A DNA stretch of 64,000 bases from the human T2T-CHM13v2.0 reference genome, Homo sapiens. Below, one piece after another: positions 29,269 to 45,094 of the stretch. Position 1 is the stretch's first letter. Every line of letters starts with the position of its first letter. The position numbers and the translations under genes are program-made. The notes below the pieces were generated by a model, which worked only from the letters and a program-made list of their open reading frames with translations, was not told the DNA's origin and did not search any database. The stretch is taken from assembly GCF_009914755.1 (NCBI RefSeq), contig NC_060930.1; one strand, given 5' to 3'.

Positions 29269-30755
29269 CCTGCTCTGGAACCACCTCCTCCTCCCTGCTC
29301 CTGAACCACCTCCTTCTTCCTGCTCTGAAACTGCTGAAACGCACCTCCTTCATCTGGCTTTGGAACCACCTCCTTCTTCCTGTTCTGCAGCCTGCCTCCT
29401 TCTTCCTGCTCTGGAACCTGCCTTCTCCTCCTTCCTGCTCTGAAACTGCCAAAACCTACCTCCGTGTTCCTGCTCTGGAACCACCTCCCTTTTCTTGTTC
29501 TGGAACCTGCCTTCTCCTTCATCTTGCACTGGGATTTGCCGCCTCCTTCCTGCTCTGGAACCAGCCTCCTCCTTCCTGCTCTGGAACCCACCTCCTCCTC
29601 CCTGCTCTGGAATCTGCCTTCTCCTCCTTCCTGCACTGGGGTCTGCCTGCTCTTTCCTGCTCTGGAAACTGCCTTCTCCTTCATCTTGCACTGGGATCTG
29701 CCTCCTCCTTCCTGCTCTGGAACCTGCCTCCTCCTCCTCCTTCCTGCACTGGGGTCTGCCTCCTCCTTCCTGCTCTGGAACCTGCCTTCTCCTTCATCTT
29801 GCACTGGGATCTGCCTTCCCTTCCTGCTCTGGAACCTGCCTTCTCTTTCATGTTGCACTGGGGTCTGGCTCCTCCTTCCTGCTCTGGAAACTGCCTTCTC
29901 CTTCATCTTGCCCTGAAATCTGTCTCCTTCTTCCTGCTCTGGAACCTGCTACTCCTTCTTCCTGCTCTGAAACTGCTGAAACTCGCCTCTGTATTCCTGT
30001 TCTAGAGCCACCTACTTCTTCCCGACCTGGAACCTGCCTCTTCCTTCTGGCACTGGGATCTGACTCCTCCTTCCTGCTCTGAAAACTGCCTCCTCCTTCT
30101 TCCTGCCCTGGAACCTGCCTCCTCCTTCCTGAGCTGGGAACTGCCTTCTTCCTCCTGCTCTGAAACTGCCAAAATCCACCTTCACATTTCTGCTCTGGAA
30201 CCAACTCCCTCTTCTTGCTCTGGAACCTGCCTCCTCTTTTCTGCTCTGGAACCTGTCTTCTCCTTCCTGCTCTAGGATCTACCTCCTCCTCCTTCCTGCA
30301 CTGGGATCTGCTTGCTCCTTCCTGCTTTGGAAACTGCTTCCTCCTTCCTGCTCTGGAACCTGCCTCCTCTTTCTTGTTCTGGAACCCACCTCCTCTTTAC
30401 TACTTTGGGATCTGCCTCCTCCTTCCTGCTTTGGAACCTGCCTCCTCCTTCCTGTGCTGGAACCTACCTCCTCCTTCCTGCTCTGGATCCCACCTCCTCC
30501 TTTCTGCTTTGGGACCTGCCGCCTCCTTCCTACTCTGGGATCTGCCTTCTCCTTCCTGCTCTGGAACCTGCCTCCTCTTTGCTACTCTGGGATCTGCCTT
30601 CTCCTTTCTGTTCTGGAACCTGCCTCCTCCTTCCTGCACTGGAACCTGCCTCCTCCTTCCTGATCTGGGATCTTCCTCCCGCTTCCTGCTCTGAGACCTA
30701 CCTCCTCTTCCTGCTCTGGAACCTGTGTCTTCCTTCTTGTGCTGGAGCCCACCTC
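29269..30755. repeat. degenerate 26-bp tandem array, consensus CCTGCTCTGGAACCTGCCTCCTCCTT, roughly 55 units
   Basis: periodic ctggaacc/ctgggatc anchors every 26-29 bp; explains the stacked ORFs on both strands. Confidence 0.95.
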
Positions 30756-30861
30756 AGTTTCTCCTTTCTCCTTATCAGCTATCATTTTTGTCACTTCCCC
30801 CTTCTTTTTCTTCCTTTTGATGCCTTTGTTCAATATTTTCACATATTCACTATTATTTTTT

Positions 30862-31615
30862 CTCTTTTTTAATTAAGATTATTCATATGCCACACAATGT
30901 ATCATTTTCACATGTAGAATTCAGTGGTTTTTAGTATATTCACAAAATTGCATGACTCTTCATGATCTAAAATTCCATGATCTAATTTCAGAATTTTGTC
31001 ATCACCTCAGTGAGAAACCCCATACCCATTAGTAGGTGCTCCCCATTTTCCTCTTCTTCTTAGTCCCTGGAAACCACTAATCTACTTTCTGTATCTAAGG
31101 ATTTGCCTGTTTTGGGCATTTTATGTAAATGGAATCATACAATTTGTAACCTTTTGTATCTGACTTTTTTCACTTAGTATAAATTTTCAAGGTTTGTCCA
31201 TGTTCATACATGTGGTAGCATGAATTGCCATTTCATTCTCTTTTATGACTGAATAATATTCCATTTTGGAATGCAGCATATTTTGTTCATTGATTCATCA
31301 GTTGAGAGACATTTGAATTGTTTCTACTTTTTGACTGTTTAGAATAATGCTGCTATGAACATTCATGTCCAAGTTTTTGTGTGGATGTATGTTTTCGGTC
31401 CTCTTGGTTATATATTTAGGAGTGACATTTCTGGGTCATAGGGTAATTCTATGCCTAACATTCTGAGGAACTGCCAAACTGTCTTCCAAAGTGGCTGTGC
31501 CCTTTTACCTTCTCACCAGCAATGTACGAGGTTTCCAATTCCTCTATATCCTTCCCATTACTGATTATTGTCAGTCTTTTAAAATATAGCCATCCTAGTG
31601 GATGCAAAGTGGTTA
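30862..31615 (-). mobile_element. L1MB-type 3' end
   Basis: aattcagtggtttttagtatattcaca...aaccactaatctactttctgt...gaggaactgccaaactgt. Confidence 0.88.
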
Positions 31616-31708
31616 CTTATTTCCTAGTCTCTCTTGGACATCACTTCCTTTGGGGAATTGTTCTGAACACCCTGAAATCCTTTCTCTTCAGGCTGTGTTA
31701 AATGTCCC

Positions 31709-32069
31709 TGTATTAGTCCATTTTCACACTGTTGATAAAGACATACCTGAGACTGGGTAATTTATAAAGAAAAAGAGGTTTGATGGACTCACAGTTCCAT
31801 ATGGCTGGGGAGGCCTCACAATCATGGTGGAAGGCGAAAGGCACTTCTTACATGGCGGTGTCAAGAGAGAATGAGAGAACCAAACAAAAGGGGTTTCCCT
31901 GTATAAAAAACCATCAGGTCTTCTGAGACTTACTACCATGAGAACAGTATGGGGGAAACTGTCCCAATGGTTCAATTATCTCCCACCGGCTCTCTCTCAT
32001 AACACATGGGAATTGTGGGAACTACAATTCAAGATGAGGTTTGGGTAGGAACACAGCCAAACCATATTA
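31709..32069 (-). mobile_element. THE1 solo LTR (inserted in an L2 remnant)
   Basis: tgtattagtccattttcacac...gacatacctgagactggg...acagccaaaccatat; 5-bp TSD (g/a)tccc. Confidence 0.92.
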
Positions 32070-32396
32070 ATCCCCCCTGTATATTTCTCAGGCACCCTGT
32101 CCTTGTAGCATCCATCATCACACTGAATTATCATTGTCTATTAACTTTATCTCCTCCATTAGAGTATGAACCTGTTAGATAGAGTACCAAAATATTCCTG
32201 TGGTATTTCCTAGGTTAACACAATGCCTGACACAGTTATTTAGTCTCATCTTTTTGTCAGGAGTGGTATGGTGGGAGACTTATAGACTAGACTTCATAGC
32301 ATTATTACCTAAGCCCCTAAATACAAGAATGAAAATATTCATTAGTATTGTTTGTTAGTTGATATCTAGTTAGAAGGAGAAGACAGGATTTTTTAG

Positions 32397-32718
<322 letters not shown>

Positions 32719-33839
32719 GTGTTTGACTTTTTATGAAGTTATTTTTTCTTTACTGTTGTACTAATACAGTACTGTCCTTTAATTCACCAAGAAGTTGGAA
32801 GGAAAGAAATAGGGATGCTATAAAATATCACCATAGGGGGAAAATGCCTGGGTGATTTTAAAAGTATAAATCAATTAGCCATTTTTACTTTGATTTTTTA
32901 AAAGCTTGACTGATTGAGAACTGTTTCTTTTAAAAAAGAAAATACCAGTTCCATAGATTAGACTTTAAAGATTTCACATGCAGATAGAAGTCAAGAACGG
33001 TAAAGTTTATGGATCTTCAAAAATGATGTGTTTCACTGTAAGTATCAAAAATCTGAGATTCATTTACATCAGGGTTGAACAGATAGGGATCAGTGCCGGG
33101 GAACAAAAGCTGGAAGTGGAATTAAACATAATTAAAGACTTTAAATATAAGTTTGAATTAAAAAGTACATCCGGCTTGAAGGCTGACTCATACTAAATTA
33201 TAGTGCCCTATGCGTAAGTACAGATTAAAAGGCATATTTAATTAGTTCTTTTAAGAATTTCTCCCCACAAACCTATTGGTTTTTATAATCAACATTTAGA
33301 TAATGTTGTTTCTTTTTTTTTTCCTGATGCCAGAAAGATTTGTTTTAGCATTTTAGATTTTTCTTAATTGAAATGAAGTTATGCTTGGACTAGATAGCCA
33401 TTCTCTTATTTGACAGTGTTTTCAGTGTATTCTTGGAAATTCTATCCAGCTTCTTTTCTATGGTTTTTATATGCTTCTGGAACAACGAGGAAATAGGGGA
33501 GGGAAAGAAAGAGAGAAACAAATGTAAGTTGGACCCAGATCAGTGAGATAGTATCAAATGGGGCCAAAATGAATTTGGCAGATGCTCTTCTCATGTTTCC
33601 CACTGGAGCATGCACATATTGTTACTTGGAATACCACTTGCATTTCTTTCATTCTTGTAAGATTTTTCTTCAGCTTCAGTAACAAACTTTAACTTTAAAT
33701 AGGAGCCAGGAAGGAATATTGAGAATTTTTAAAAAATGTGTAAATGTACTTAGAAAGGATATTTTGCCATGAAGGTTTGGTTGGTAAAGGATATAATAGA
33801 TGCCTTTTAAGCATAGGAATGAAAGTGTGGAGGGCCAGA

Positions 33840-34035
33840 GATAGTGGAAGGTGTGTCGTGTTTAGAGATCTGAGTTTGAATCCTCATTTTGCCACTTAAT
33901 AGTGGCATGACTTTGGCAAAGTAAACTTTAAGAGTCTATCTTTCCTTATTTATAAAATGAGAAGATCCATTTTTACTCTATAGTGCTGATAGTAAGTGAA
34001 TTTAGTGACAGATAGAAAACATTCAATGAATGATT
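33840..34035 (+). mobile_element. MIR
   Basis: ctgagtttgaatcct...gccacttaatagt...gactttggcaaagt. Confidence 0.7.
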
Positions 34036-34388
34036 GCTGTTTCAAAATTGTCATATTTACTAAAAAAAAGTAATTCTTAGGATAAAAAAGTAAATTTTCT
34101 TATCAAATGTTCTTTTAATGTCAGGTAGGCATTTCAGTTTCATGATGTTCATTGTAGATATTACTGGTAGCTGTATTTCCTTGGTTCCTGTATGTCAGCG
34201 TGGTAGACAAAGACAAAAATGAGAAAACCTTGAATGTGGGAGCACACGAATTTATATAGATGAAATTGTACAGTACCATGTACTTCATTAATATGCACTT
34301 AATGAAAGTTTATTAAAATTGAATGAGAGTTGAAGGTATTCAATATCATTTTATTTCTTGCAGTATTTAGGTTACTGCAGACAACTGA

Positions 34389-34692
<304 letters not shown>

Positions 34693-34789
34693 AAGAATTA
34701 GCTTTTTTTTTTTTTTTTTAAATATATGTATCCAAAGGAGAAAGATGCTGTATAACTTTCCAAAATGTCTGTTCCCTTATTTACAAAAG

Positions 34790-34940
34790 ATACTTTTAAG
34801 TTTAAAGGAATCTTAGGCTGCAAGGAGGTGCAAAACTTACAGAGTTTTCATGTACCCTTCACCCAGCTTCCCCATGATACTACTATCTTTAATATCCACA
34901 GTACCATTATTAAAACCAGGAAATTGACATTGGTAATTTA
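34790..34940 (-). mobile_element. old L1 3' end fragment
   Basis: catgtacccttcacccagcttcccc...aaaaccaggaaattgacattgg. Confidence 0.6.
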
Positions 34941-35039
34941 CCCCTTCAATGCTTAACCCATTTTAGCGTTTTTAAGTGGAGGAAATTCTTTTTGATGTCT
35001 TGCTTAATCAATTTTCACCTACATATACTTTTTGAGTGT

Positions 35040-35250
35040 CAGTATGCTGAACAGAAAGATATTTTGAAATCAGAAACCCTTAGGCTCAAATCTTGGCTCT
35101 GCCTCTTATTGCTATGCAACACAGGGGAGCTTTCTTAGCGTCGATGATGGTCTGTTTCTTCATTTGTAAAAGGTGCTATCACTTACCTTGCAGAGTTGGC
35201 ATAAGGATTAGCAATTGTGTATTGTCAAGAGCCTTTTCAATAAATGATGG
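35040..35250 (+). mobile_element. MIR
   Basis: ggctcaaatcttggctctgcctctta...gtttcttcatttgtaaaa. Confidence 0.7.
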
Positions 35251-36389
35251 CTTTTGGAATAACTGTTCTCTTGCTATGTTTTCATCAAAAATTGAAAAGA
35301 GCTGGCCATTATCTTTAACATAGCATGTGTACTTTGTGGACACCTATCATTTCAGGACCACTAACTGGTAAATATGCTAAAACAACTTCATGGTTCCTGT
35401 AGCCCCCTGCTTGTTTTGCTCCCTGGTCACCCACTTTATCTGCACCTTTTTTTCTGGCCTATAGACCAAAAGCCACTCCTCTCTGTGTATAGATTATATT
35501 TCTTCTGCCTTTTGTTATATGAATTCTAGGAAATGTAGTTCTTTTTAGTTTTTTGTTTGTTTTCTTTTATATAACCTCTTCCAACTTAGTTCTGTTTTAC
35601 AAGCAGTTGATGATAGCCCTAGGTAGATGCCTGCTTCAAACTCAGGCTGATACGGCTGGCTCTTGAGTATCCCTGTACAAAAGCTGCCCTTCAGGGAACA
35701 TCGTGTCCAGGGCTGCTGCCTCCCTCCGTTTGCAGACCTGGTGCTCTGCGTCTAAAACTGGTCACTCCTTCTCATCTCTCCACTTGAGCACAGCCGCAAA
35801 GGTAGAAACAGAGTTCTGCACCCCACTTTTTGCTGCACCTCAGTTAGCCCAGGAACATCTACCCCTATTTAGCTCAGAAGTGTGTAGTCCTGTTTAAATA
35901 CTTAAAATTTGCTATGTTCTGTATTGGCCAAGAAATGTTTTCTGGTAAGAGCTTCTGGTAGGAAGAGGACCTAAAGCTGCCCTCACAAGACGGTATTTGG
36001 TTCATTTGAAATAGAAAGTTTTGTTTGCTTTTAATTTTTATTTACTGAACTGAAAATTGGAAACAGCCCATTGACTTTTCTATCTTATACAGCATCTCCT
36101 CCTACACATATTTAGTTTCCTGCTCCCTTGAAATCTGGGCGACCTACTCCTGTTTTCAAGTTTTTTCTATTTTATTATTTTGGTCCTTAGCATTTCTGCC
36201 TTTTTTGTATCTTCCAACTTTCCATTTCAAAAGAGAAGGATCATATTTTTATATATTTACATCCCGTTTGAATGTGTTTAAGGAACGCTTAGAAATGTTC
36301 CTTTATGTTTTAAAATATCCCTTCTGCTTAAGCAAGTAGCATATCATTTCCTGCTTTAGTTGCGGCCTCAGTCTGACAGGCCAGGGCTA

Positions 36390-36475
36390 AGTAAGGGTGA
36401 AAAGTTCACCGTCCGGAAGTGCTGTTGAGGTCAGAATCACGTGATGAGGAGCCGACCCAGACTCCCGGTAATTCC
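36390..36475. promoter_or_regulatory. candidate enhancer or alternative promoter motif cluster
   Basis: GGGTGAaaAGTTCA 36395-36408, CCGGAAGTG 36413-36421, TGAGGTCA 36426-36433, ATCACGTGAT 36436-36445, retained CpGs. Confidence 0.5.
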
Positions 36476-36879
36476 CTGAGAATGTGAATCTTTGGGAGAA
36501 GGAGCACAAGAGAGAGCTTTTTCTCAAGTCGGCTGCCTGTGCTCGGGCTCTTGCTTACAATTCTTAGTTTTATGGCACTATTCTTCTTCTTCTTCAAGGA
36601 ACTCACTGTAATGCCTTTATTATTGTCTACATCAGTGTTTTAAAAAGTAAAGTTGTAACGCATTGCTAGGTTATGCAATCAATTGTGTGGACAGAGATCA
36701 GCCTTAAAAAATAAAAAAGGAAACAGGAAATGTAAACAGAGTGCATTATATGGAATAAGAATATGTGTATTTTGTAAAACTCTTGTTTGATACATAGATC
36801 CGTACACATAGACACACACAATCTCATAGGTCTCTATTGATTTGCGTATGGGTACACGCTGGCAGGCGTACATTCTCCT

Positions 36880-38680
<1,801 letters not shown>

Positions 38681-38849
38681 GTACAGGTGTTCTTTCTGAT
38701 ACTTGAAGCCAATCAAAGATGAAGACAAATAATATACACAATCCATAAAATGATTTTAAAATAAAAATTGAGGGTTTAGCCGTTGTTAAAGTAGTAATAT
38801 CCTTTGATTGCAGATATTTATGTTAGAAGAGATCTTAAAGATAATGTCA

Positions 38850-39081
38850 GATAATGTTAGAATCCCTGATTCTAAAACCTGAAATCTGAAATGCTCCAAA
38901 ACCTGAAACTCTTTAAATGCTGACCTAAAGTTCAAAGGAAATGATCGTTGGAGCATTTCGGATTTTGGATTTTTACATTAGGGATGCTTAACCGGTAATG
39001 CAAATATTCTGAAATCTAAAAATATCCCAAATCTGGAACACTTCTGTTCCCAAGCATTTCAGATAAGGGGTACTCAACCTG
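38850..39081 (-). mobile_element. Tigger4a/MER46-type MITE
   Basis: gaaatgctcc / ggagcatttcggatttt internal inverted motifs; ends gataaggggtactcaacctg-ta. Confidence 0.85.
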
Positions 39082-39955
39082 TATAAATAAGAAAACTAGT
39101 CATCAGTGAGGGACTAGTTTTTTTTTTTATTATTATCTTATAAGGAATGATTCGCTCAAGATTACAGAGTTAGACAGTGAGAGAACTGTCTAACTCTGCC
39201 TTTCTTTCTCTTGGTAGAGTTAATGTTAAGGTTTGCTTATGCTTCCAGACAAATCAGATTCTTTTTTCAGTGATGATCACACAAAGAATGATTGACCTGC
39301 CAGAGCCATAAGACAGAAAGGGGGAAAAAAATCTCTTGAGCAGCTTTTTGTTTTCTCATTAATAATGGCGTGAGTTAGTATTTTGGTTCATTTTTCAGCA
39401 ATTATGTCCTGCATTCTGGCTGTGGTTGATAGTGACTTTAAAAAAATAGATATGGTGGTACTTGCACAAAATAATTGTCACACATTAGCATGTTAATGAA
39501 GTGTTAGGGTGCTAAGAATGGCTAGCACACTAAAACAGGAGAGAAAAGATCCATCCTCACTGCTGCATCAGCCAGACTACACAATCTGAATGGAAGGCAC
39601 GGCTCAGATTGACTGGCAGGGCATTCTGTATTATTGACATGCATTTTCTTCCTCTCCCCACATGCATGTTGAAACTTGGTTTTTGCTGTCTTTAACCCAT
39701 CTAATTTTCCTCCAAATAAGTTGGTTTGGGGACAGAAATGAGTGCTTTTTCTTTTTTTCAGACAGACAGCAGAACTCATCAGGGAATAATTACAAGACTA
39801 ATTCCTCTGTTTTAATGACATCAATTGAATAACATTAAAAAATCAAAGCCCATATGATTTCATAGCATTTTAACTCTGAGCATTTGAATCTAAATAACAT
39901 GTCATTTTGTTGTATGTCTGTGTAGTAGGGCCATTAACTTAAAACTAAATTCACC

Positions 39956-39957
39956 GT

Positions 39958-40002
<45 letters not shown>

Positions 40003-40006
40003 TGTG
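39956..40006. repeat. (TG)n microsatellite
   Basis: about 25 units, slightly interrupted. Confidence 0.95.
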
Positions 40007-40199
40007 CCTGCCTGTCTGTCTATTTCTGGAGCTAGTCATGTTGATGGTGGCAGAGAGAATTCTTGCATGTTTCCTGAAGGTTGGAGAAAGATTAGTATGC
40101 TTTTGAAGCCAACATGGATACTACTATCCCTTACAGGAAAACACAGAAATGCTGCTGATCGACCATATGGCCGAGGTACTCCTGATCCACATCTTAAGG

Positions 40200-41110
40200 G
40201 CCAGCCTTTCTTCTGAATTTCAGTTTCATATTTTTACCCACCTGTCGGGACTTCTTTACCCAGCTGTTCCCTGTCTACCTAGATCCCATCAGGTCAACAC
40301 ATTAAAACCCAAGTTCAGTGTCTTTCGCTAAAGCCCAGACCCCCTTTAGAGCTCTCCATTCCTCTAAGTGTTAGCAACACACTCAGGTTTATAGGCTAAT
40401 CCCTCACCATGTCTAGTCCACCAGGTCCTGTTTGCGAATGCCCTATAGCATCACACAGGCTTATACATTTCTTCTGCTCTTGCTCCTGTCCCTTAATGCA
40501 GGGCTCATCATCTACCCAGCAGGCCTGGGCTCCTGCTCTCTGTCTTTTTATCCAGCCATTTTCCAAGCTTCTGGCCCAAAGCTTACCTGGACTCTGGTGT
40601 GACCATTTGTTAACTGTTCACCTTGGGCAGCTTATTTAGCTTTTATGAACCTATTTGTGTTCTTCTATCAAGTATAAACAGTAATAACTTGACGGCTTGT
40701 TTGGAGGATGACGGATATAATGAATGCCAAGTGCCACACACAGTGCCTGGCATGTAATTGGTGCTCATATTGTATCACCCTCCATAGTAATTTCTTTGAA
40801 CGCTGATTTCTTTCTTTTCCAGAAATACAAGCTCCTTCTTGCTGTTTGTCCCTAGAACTCCTTTTCCCCTCTGCTCAGCTTTCACCTTCTTGATGACACA
40901 ATCCAAAATAGCCTTTCCCAGCTCTGTCCCCATACTCTCCAGCATCACGTTTATAGTCTTGCCTTTTTAAATCTCTTTATCTCTGACATTATCTTTCATT
41001 TGTTTGCCTGATTTTTAAAGTAATCTGTCCTTTTCCCCACTTGTGCACTAGAATGTAAGCTCTGCAAAAGCAAGGGATGTGTCTGTCTTCTTTGCAGCTG
41101 TAGCCCAGGA
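40200..41110 (+). mobile_element. decayed L2 fragments with an intervening MIR (about 40610-40770)
   Basis: cactagaatgtaagctctgcaaaagcaagg L2 end; cacagtgcctggcatgtaa MIR end. Confidence 0.55.
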
Positions 41111-41899
41111 TGGAGGAGTCAGCCTTAGATATCTTTTTAAGACTTATGAGTCAGAACTCAGGCTTCATACACAGAGGCGCCAAGCCCTTAAGCCATTCGG
41201 GGTACACAGTGGCTGCAGCAGGAAGTGGAAGAGATGAATCTTCTAAAACTGAAGATACAGCTGTGTAGGAGATGAGAACCTACCTACCTACCTTGATTGA
41301 CCCTTGCCTTTTATACTTAGAAGAATCATCATCATTATAAGGAAAGACCTGAATAACTTAATATACAATCTAATTTTTCTTTTTGCTGGATCAGATAGAG
41401 ATAGACTTTCTTATGATATGTTCTTATGGCCTTCCCATTCTTGGCCTAGGCTTTTCTTTAGCTAGGCTCTGATCCCTGCTGAAGCCTCAACCTGCCTTGT
41501 CCATTACCAGGACCTTAATCCCTGTTTATAATCCTGCTTACCGGCCTTTTAATCCTTTGAGATTGACCACAGATTCAAACCTTGCTAAAGGCTTGGCCTC
41601 CTGGCCCCTACTTCTCCCTAGCCTACTTCTCTGGGCTGTGCCTTCCTCCCTGTCTGTGTAACCCTAAGAAGGTCTGCACCGTCACTTTGCCACTTTTTTC
41701 TCTGATTCGGTGGACAAAGAGTAAGCATTTGCTTTGTATACTATGTACGCCCTTTCATTTCCAGTGTAGCGTATTTAACCAGAGTGAAATAGCACATGGA
41801 TCCAGCCCACCATGTAGGTTAAAACTGTGGTCTCCATACCTTCAGCACCTCTCCTTTCACCCTACCTTCAAATTTTCCTGCCACTGACTCTTCCTCAGC

Positions 41900-42300
41900 G
41901 ACCACTGTGTATATATTGCTGCCTGCTGAGAAATGTTCAATGCTTCCTCAGCCACTGAAGGATAAGCTTGAACTTCTTAGCTTGACATTCAAGCCTTGCC
42001 CAGTCTGAATTGTACTTAGTTGCCCATCATGGTTCCTACATGAAGACTTGCCCTGCTTCACCCAGACCCACAAGACGCATCTTCTAGCTTATGCCACAGC
42101 TACATCTCTGCCTGGAATGACCCTCCTGCTCCCCCGTGTATATTCAAGCCTGACTTGCAATTTAGTTCACAATTCAAGTTCTGGTTGCTCCAGGGAGTTT
42201 CTCCAACTGTGACCACCCCTTCCTCTCGAACTCTTCTCTTTTCTCCTATCCCCTTTACTTGGTGGGTGGCTCTTTCTTCTTCCACTGCCACTCATCTCCA
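41900..42300 (+). mobile_element. L2 fragment
   Basis: ttcaatgcttcc...cttagcttgacattcaag...ctctgcctggaatg. Confidence 0.55.
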
Positions 42301-43209
42301 GATGAGTAGATTGGGCCTCTTCATTTGGCTTGAAAGTCCCTTAAAGATGGAATTTTGTTTTCTTCCTCTTTAAATTTTCATTGTTTTAAATATTGCAGCT
42401 GTTGTCAGTTATTGCTGAAGATGATCATGATATTGCCATTTTTCGGGGTATTATCTTTTATGCATTGCACTAGATGTTTTATATGTATTATCTCATTAAT
42501 TGTCCAATTATCCTATGACATTATACATGTATTTTACAAGAGAAAATGAAAATTTATTTTATTCTGCTAATAGTTGGGGAAGGCTGGTTTCAAAGGTCTG
42601 TTGGATTTTAAAGCTTGTACTCTTTCCACCATTCACTGATGATGGCCCAAAGTAGTATGCATTTAAAATTTGGGAATAGATAGCAGGAAAGGAGAATGAG
42701 GTTTCTAATGTGATCTGAATACTACTCTGGAACCCGTTACCAGAGAAAGGGTAATAAAGATGGGGACCAACACACACACACTCACAAACACACACAATTC
42801 TTTATGTAAAGCTGGTTTTAATTTTTGTTTTCCCATGAGAAGATGAATGGGCAGGAATTCAATCAAATCAGCAAATGGAAAACATTGACAAATAGATAAG
42901 AAAATATCGTTGATAATATCTGAAATATACTTTAGCCAGGGGTTTTCAAGATTCTCTTTAAACCTTTTTCCTTAGAAAGCTTTACAAGTAAGAAAACTAT
43001 TTTTGACTTCTTTATTTTACACTTTCTTAGGAATCAGCTTGTTTAGTGGAAAGAACCTATTGGTTTTAAAGCACATCAAATGTGGTTTTAGATTTATATT
43101 GAATACAAGAAGAAAGGGATATAAGTGTAATTTCTAAAAAAATTGCTTGGTAACTGAAGCAATAAAATCACAAATTTTGAATTTGTCTTTAACATCTAAC
43201 AGGTTTCTC

Positions 43210-43212
43210 GTG

Positions 43213-43252
<40 letters not shown>

Positions 43253-43283
43253 TATCCTTCTATATTCTTTGTGTGTGTGTGTG
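43210..43283. repeat. compound (TG)n region
   Basis: two TG runs. Confidence 0.9.
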
Positions 43284-43950
43284 CTTTTTACAAAAGTTTA
43301 TATTCTTCTATGTGTTCATCCAAATTATTGATCTGGGTCATTCACTTATAAACTTAATAAGAACAGGTGATGCTTGTCATGCATGTTTTTGTGCATACAC
43401 ATTACAGTTTTTTATAATTTAATTATTGCTATCATCAGTTTAAAAGCCCCAGGAAACAGACATTGGGATCACAGAACCACTGAACCCAAAGTATATCTTG
43501 ATGTCAACTTTTGATGCAAGATTTTAAGACAGGAAAAGCACTGGAATAGAATTTTCAGAAAATTAAGGCAAGCAATTTTACCATCCCGGGACCTAGGTTC
43601 CAAAAAAACAAAATTAGAGGATTAGACTAGATGGTCTTTAAGCAAGTTTCCTTCAGATTAAAATTCTTTAGTCTATGCCTTTATGTCTGCTTCTTGCCTC
43701 ATTAATCTCTCCTGCAAAAGAAACCTTATGTCTGACAACATCTGAGGAAATAAAGATAGCATGTTTGTAAGAATTGGAAAGACTGTTGAAAGAAGTGGTT
43801 ATTTCCTTCTTACTGTGTTAATGACAGCAGTGTCTTGAATATCAGGGAATGAATGCATCAAAGGCTCTCACTAGTCCTGTGGTAAAGAAGTTAAAAAAAA
43901 CCCTGAGTAATAGGATTTTATCTGTCCATCTATGATCAAGAGTGGTTTTA

Positions 43951-44400
<450 letters not shown>

Positions 44401-45094
44401 ATATCAATACCATGTTTTCTGCCTGAAATATTATTTACAGGTTCAAGATCTAGCACTCTGTTTTTGTCATTAGCTATGGATAGTATGGGTGCTGAAACTC
44501 ACTACCAGATCTTTTCTGGTGTTATGACTTAATTAAATGTTGAATAATAATGAAGGCACACTTCTATAAGAAGTGTGAAAACACTGTTTACACCTGACAA
44601 AATCAACTCACTGTTATGTCTATCAAGGTACAAGAATGCAAATTGTAAAGTGCTAGACAAAGTCCTTTTCTATCATCTTCTCATTCTTAAAATCAGGGGA
44701 AAACAATACCAATAGAGTGAAATGAATATTTTTTCAAGTGTACTTTTCCTTCCTAAAATACTCATGGAACAGCCTGATTCCCATGTTTTTTTTTTTCTTT
44801 CAATAATGTGTTGCCTTTTTAAAAAGAGCCTAATTATATGCAAAATATTCCAGTATGTGGAAAATCAAATGACACATTGCTTTAAAACACAGACATCTTT
44901 AGATTACTGCCCCCTGCTACTGTCTCGGTGATGTTGAGAGCCCATTGCATGTTTGGTCTGTTATAATTTAATTGTAATTCCAGTTTCAAAATTATTCTTC
45001 CATTCCAGATTTTAAAATGGTTGTGAAGCAGGATCCAAGTGGTGATTTTTTTTGTGTTTTTTTTTTGTTCTCTACTAATTTAGCCTCCTAGAGC

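Noticed and set aside
29269-30755. CRISPR-like array or immunoglobulin switch-like region
   Set aside because: Units are contiguous with no unique spacers, the context is eukaryotic, and AGCT hotspots typical of switch regions are almost absent
29262-30872. Protein-coding gene from the stacked 110-214 aa ORFs
   Set aside because: ORFs occur in all frames on both strands, the unit length is not a multiple of 3, and indels and stops are unconstrained
39270-39370. C/D box snoRNA (gtgatga)
   Set aside because: No CTGA D box or terminal stem at a suitable distance
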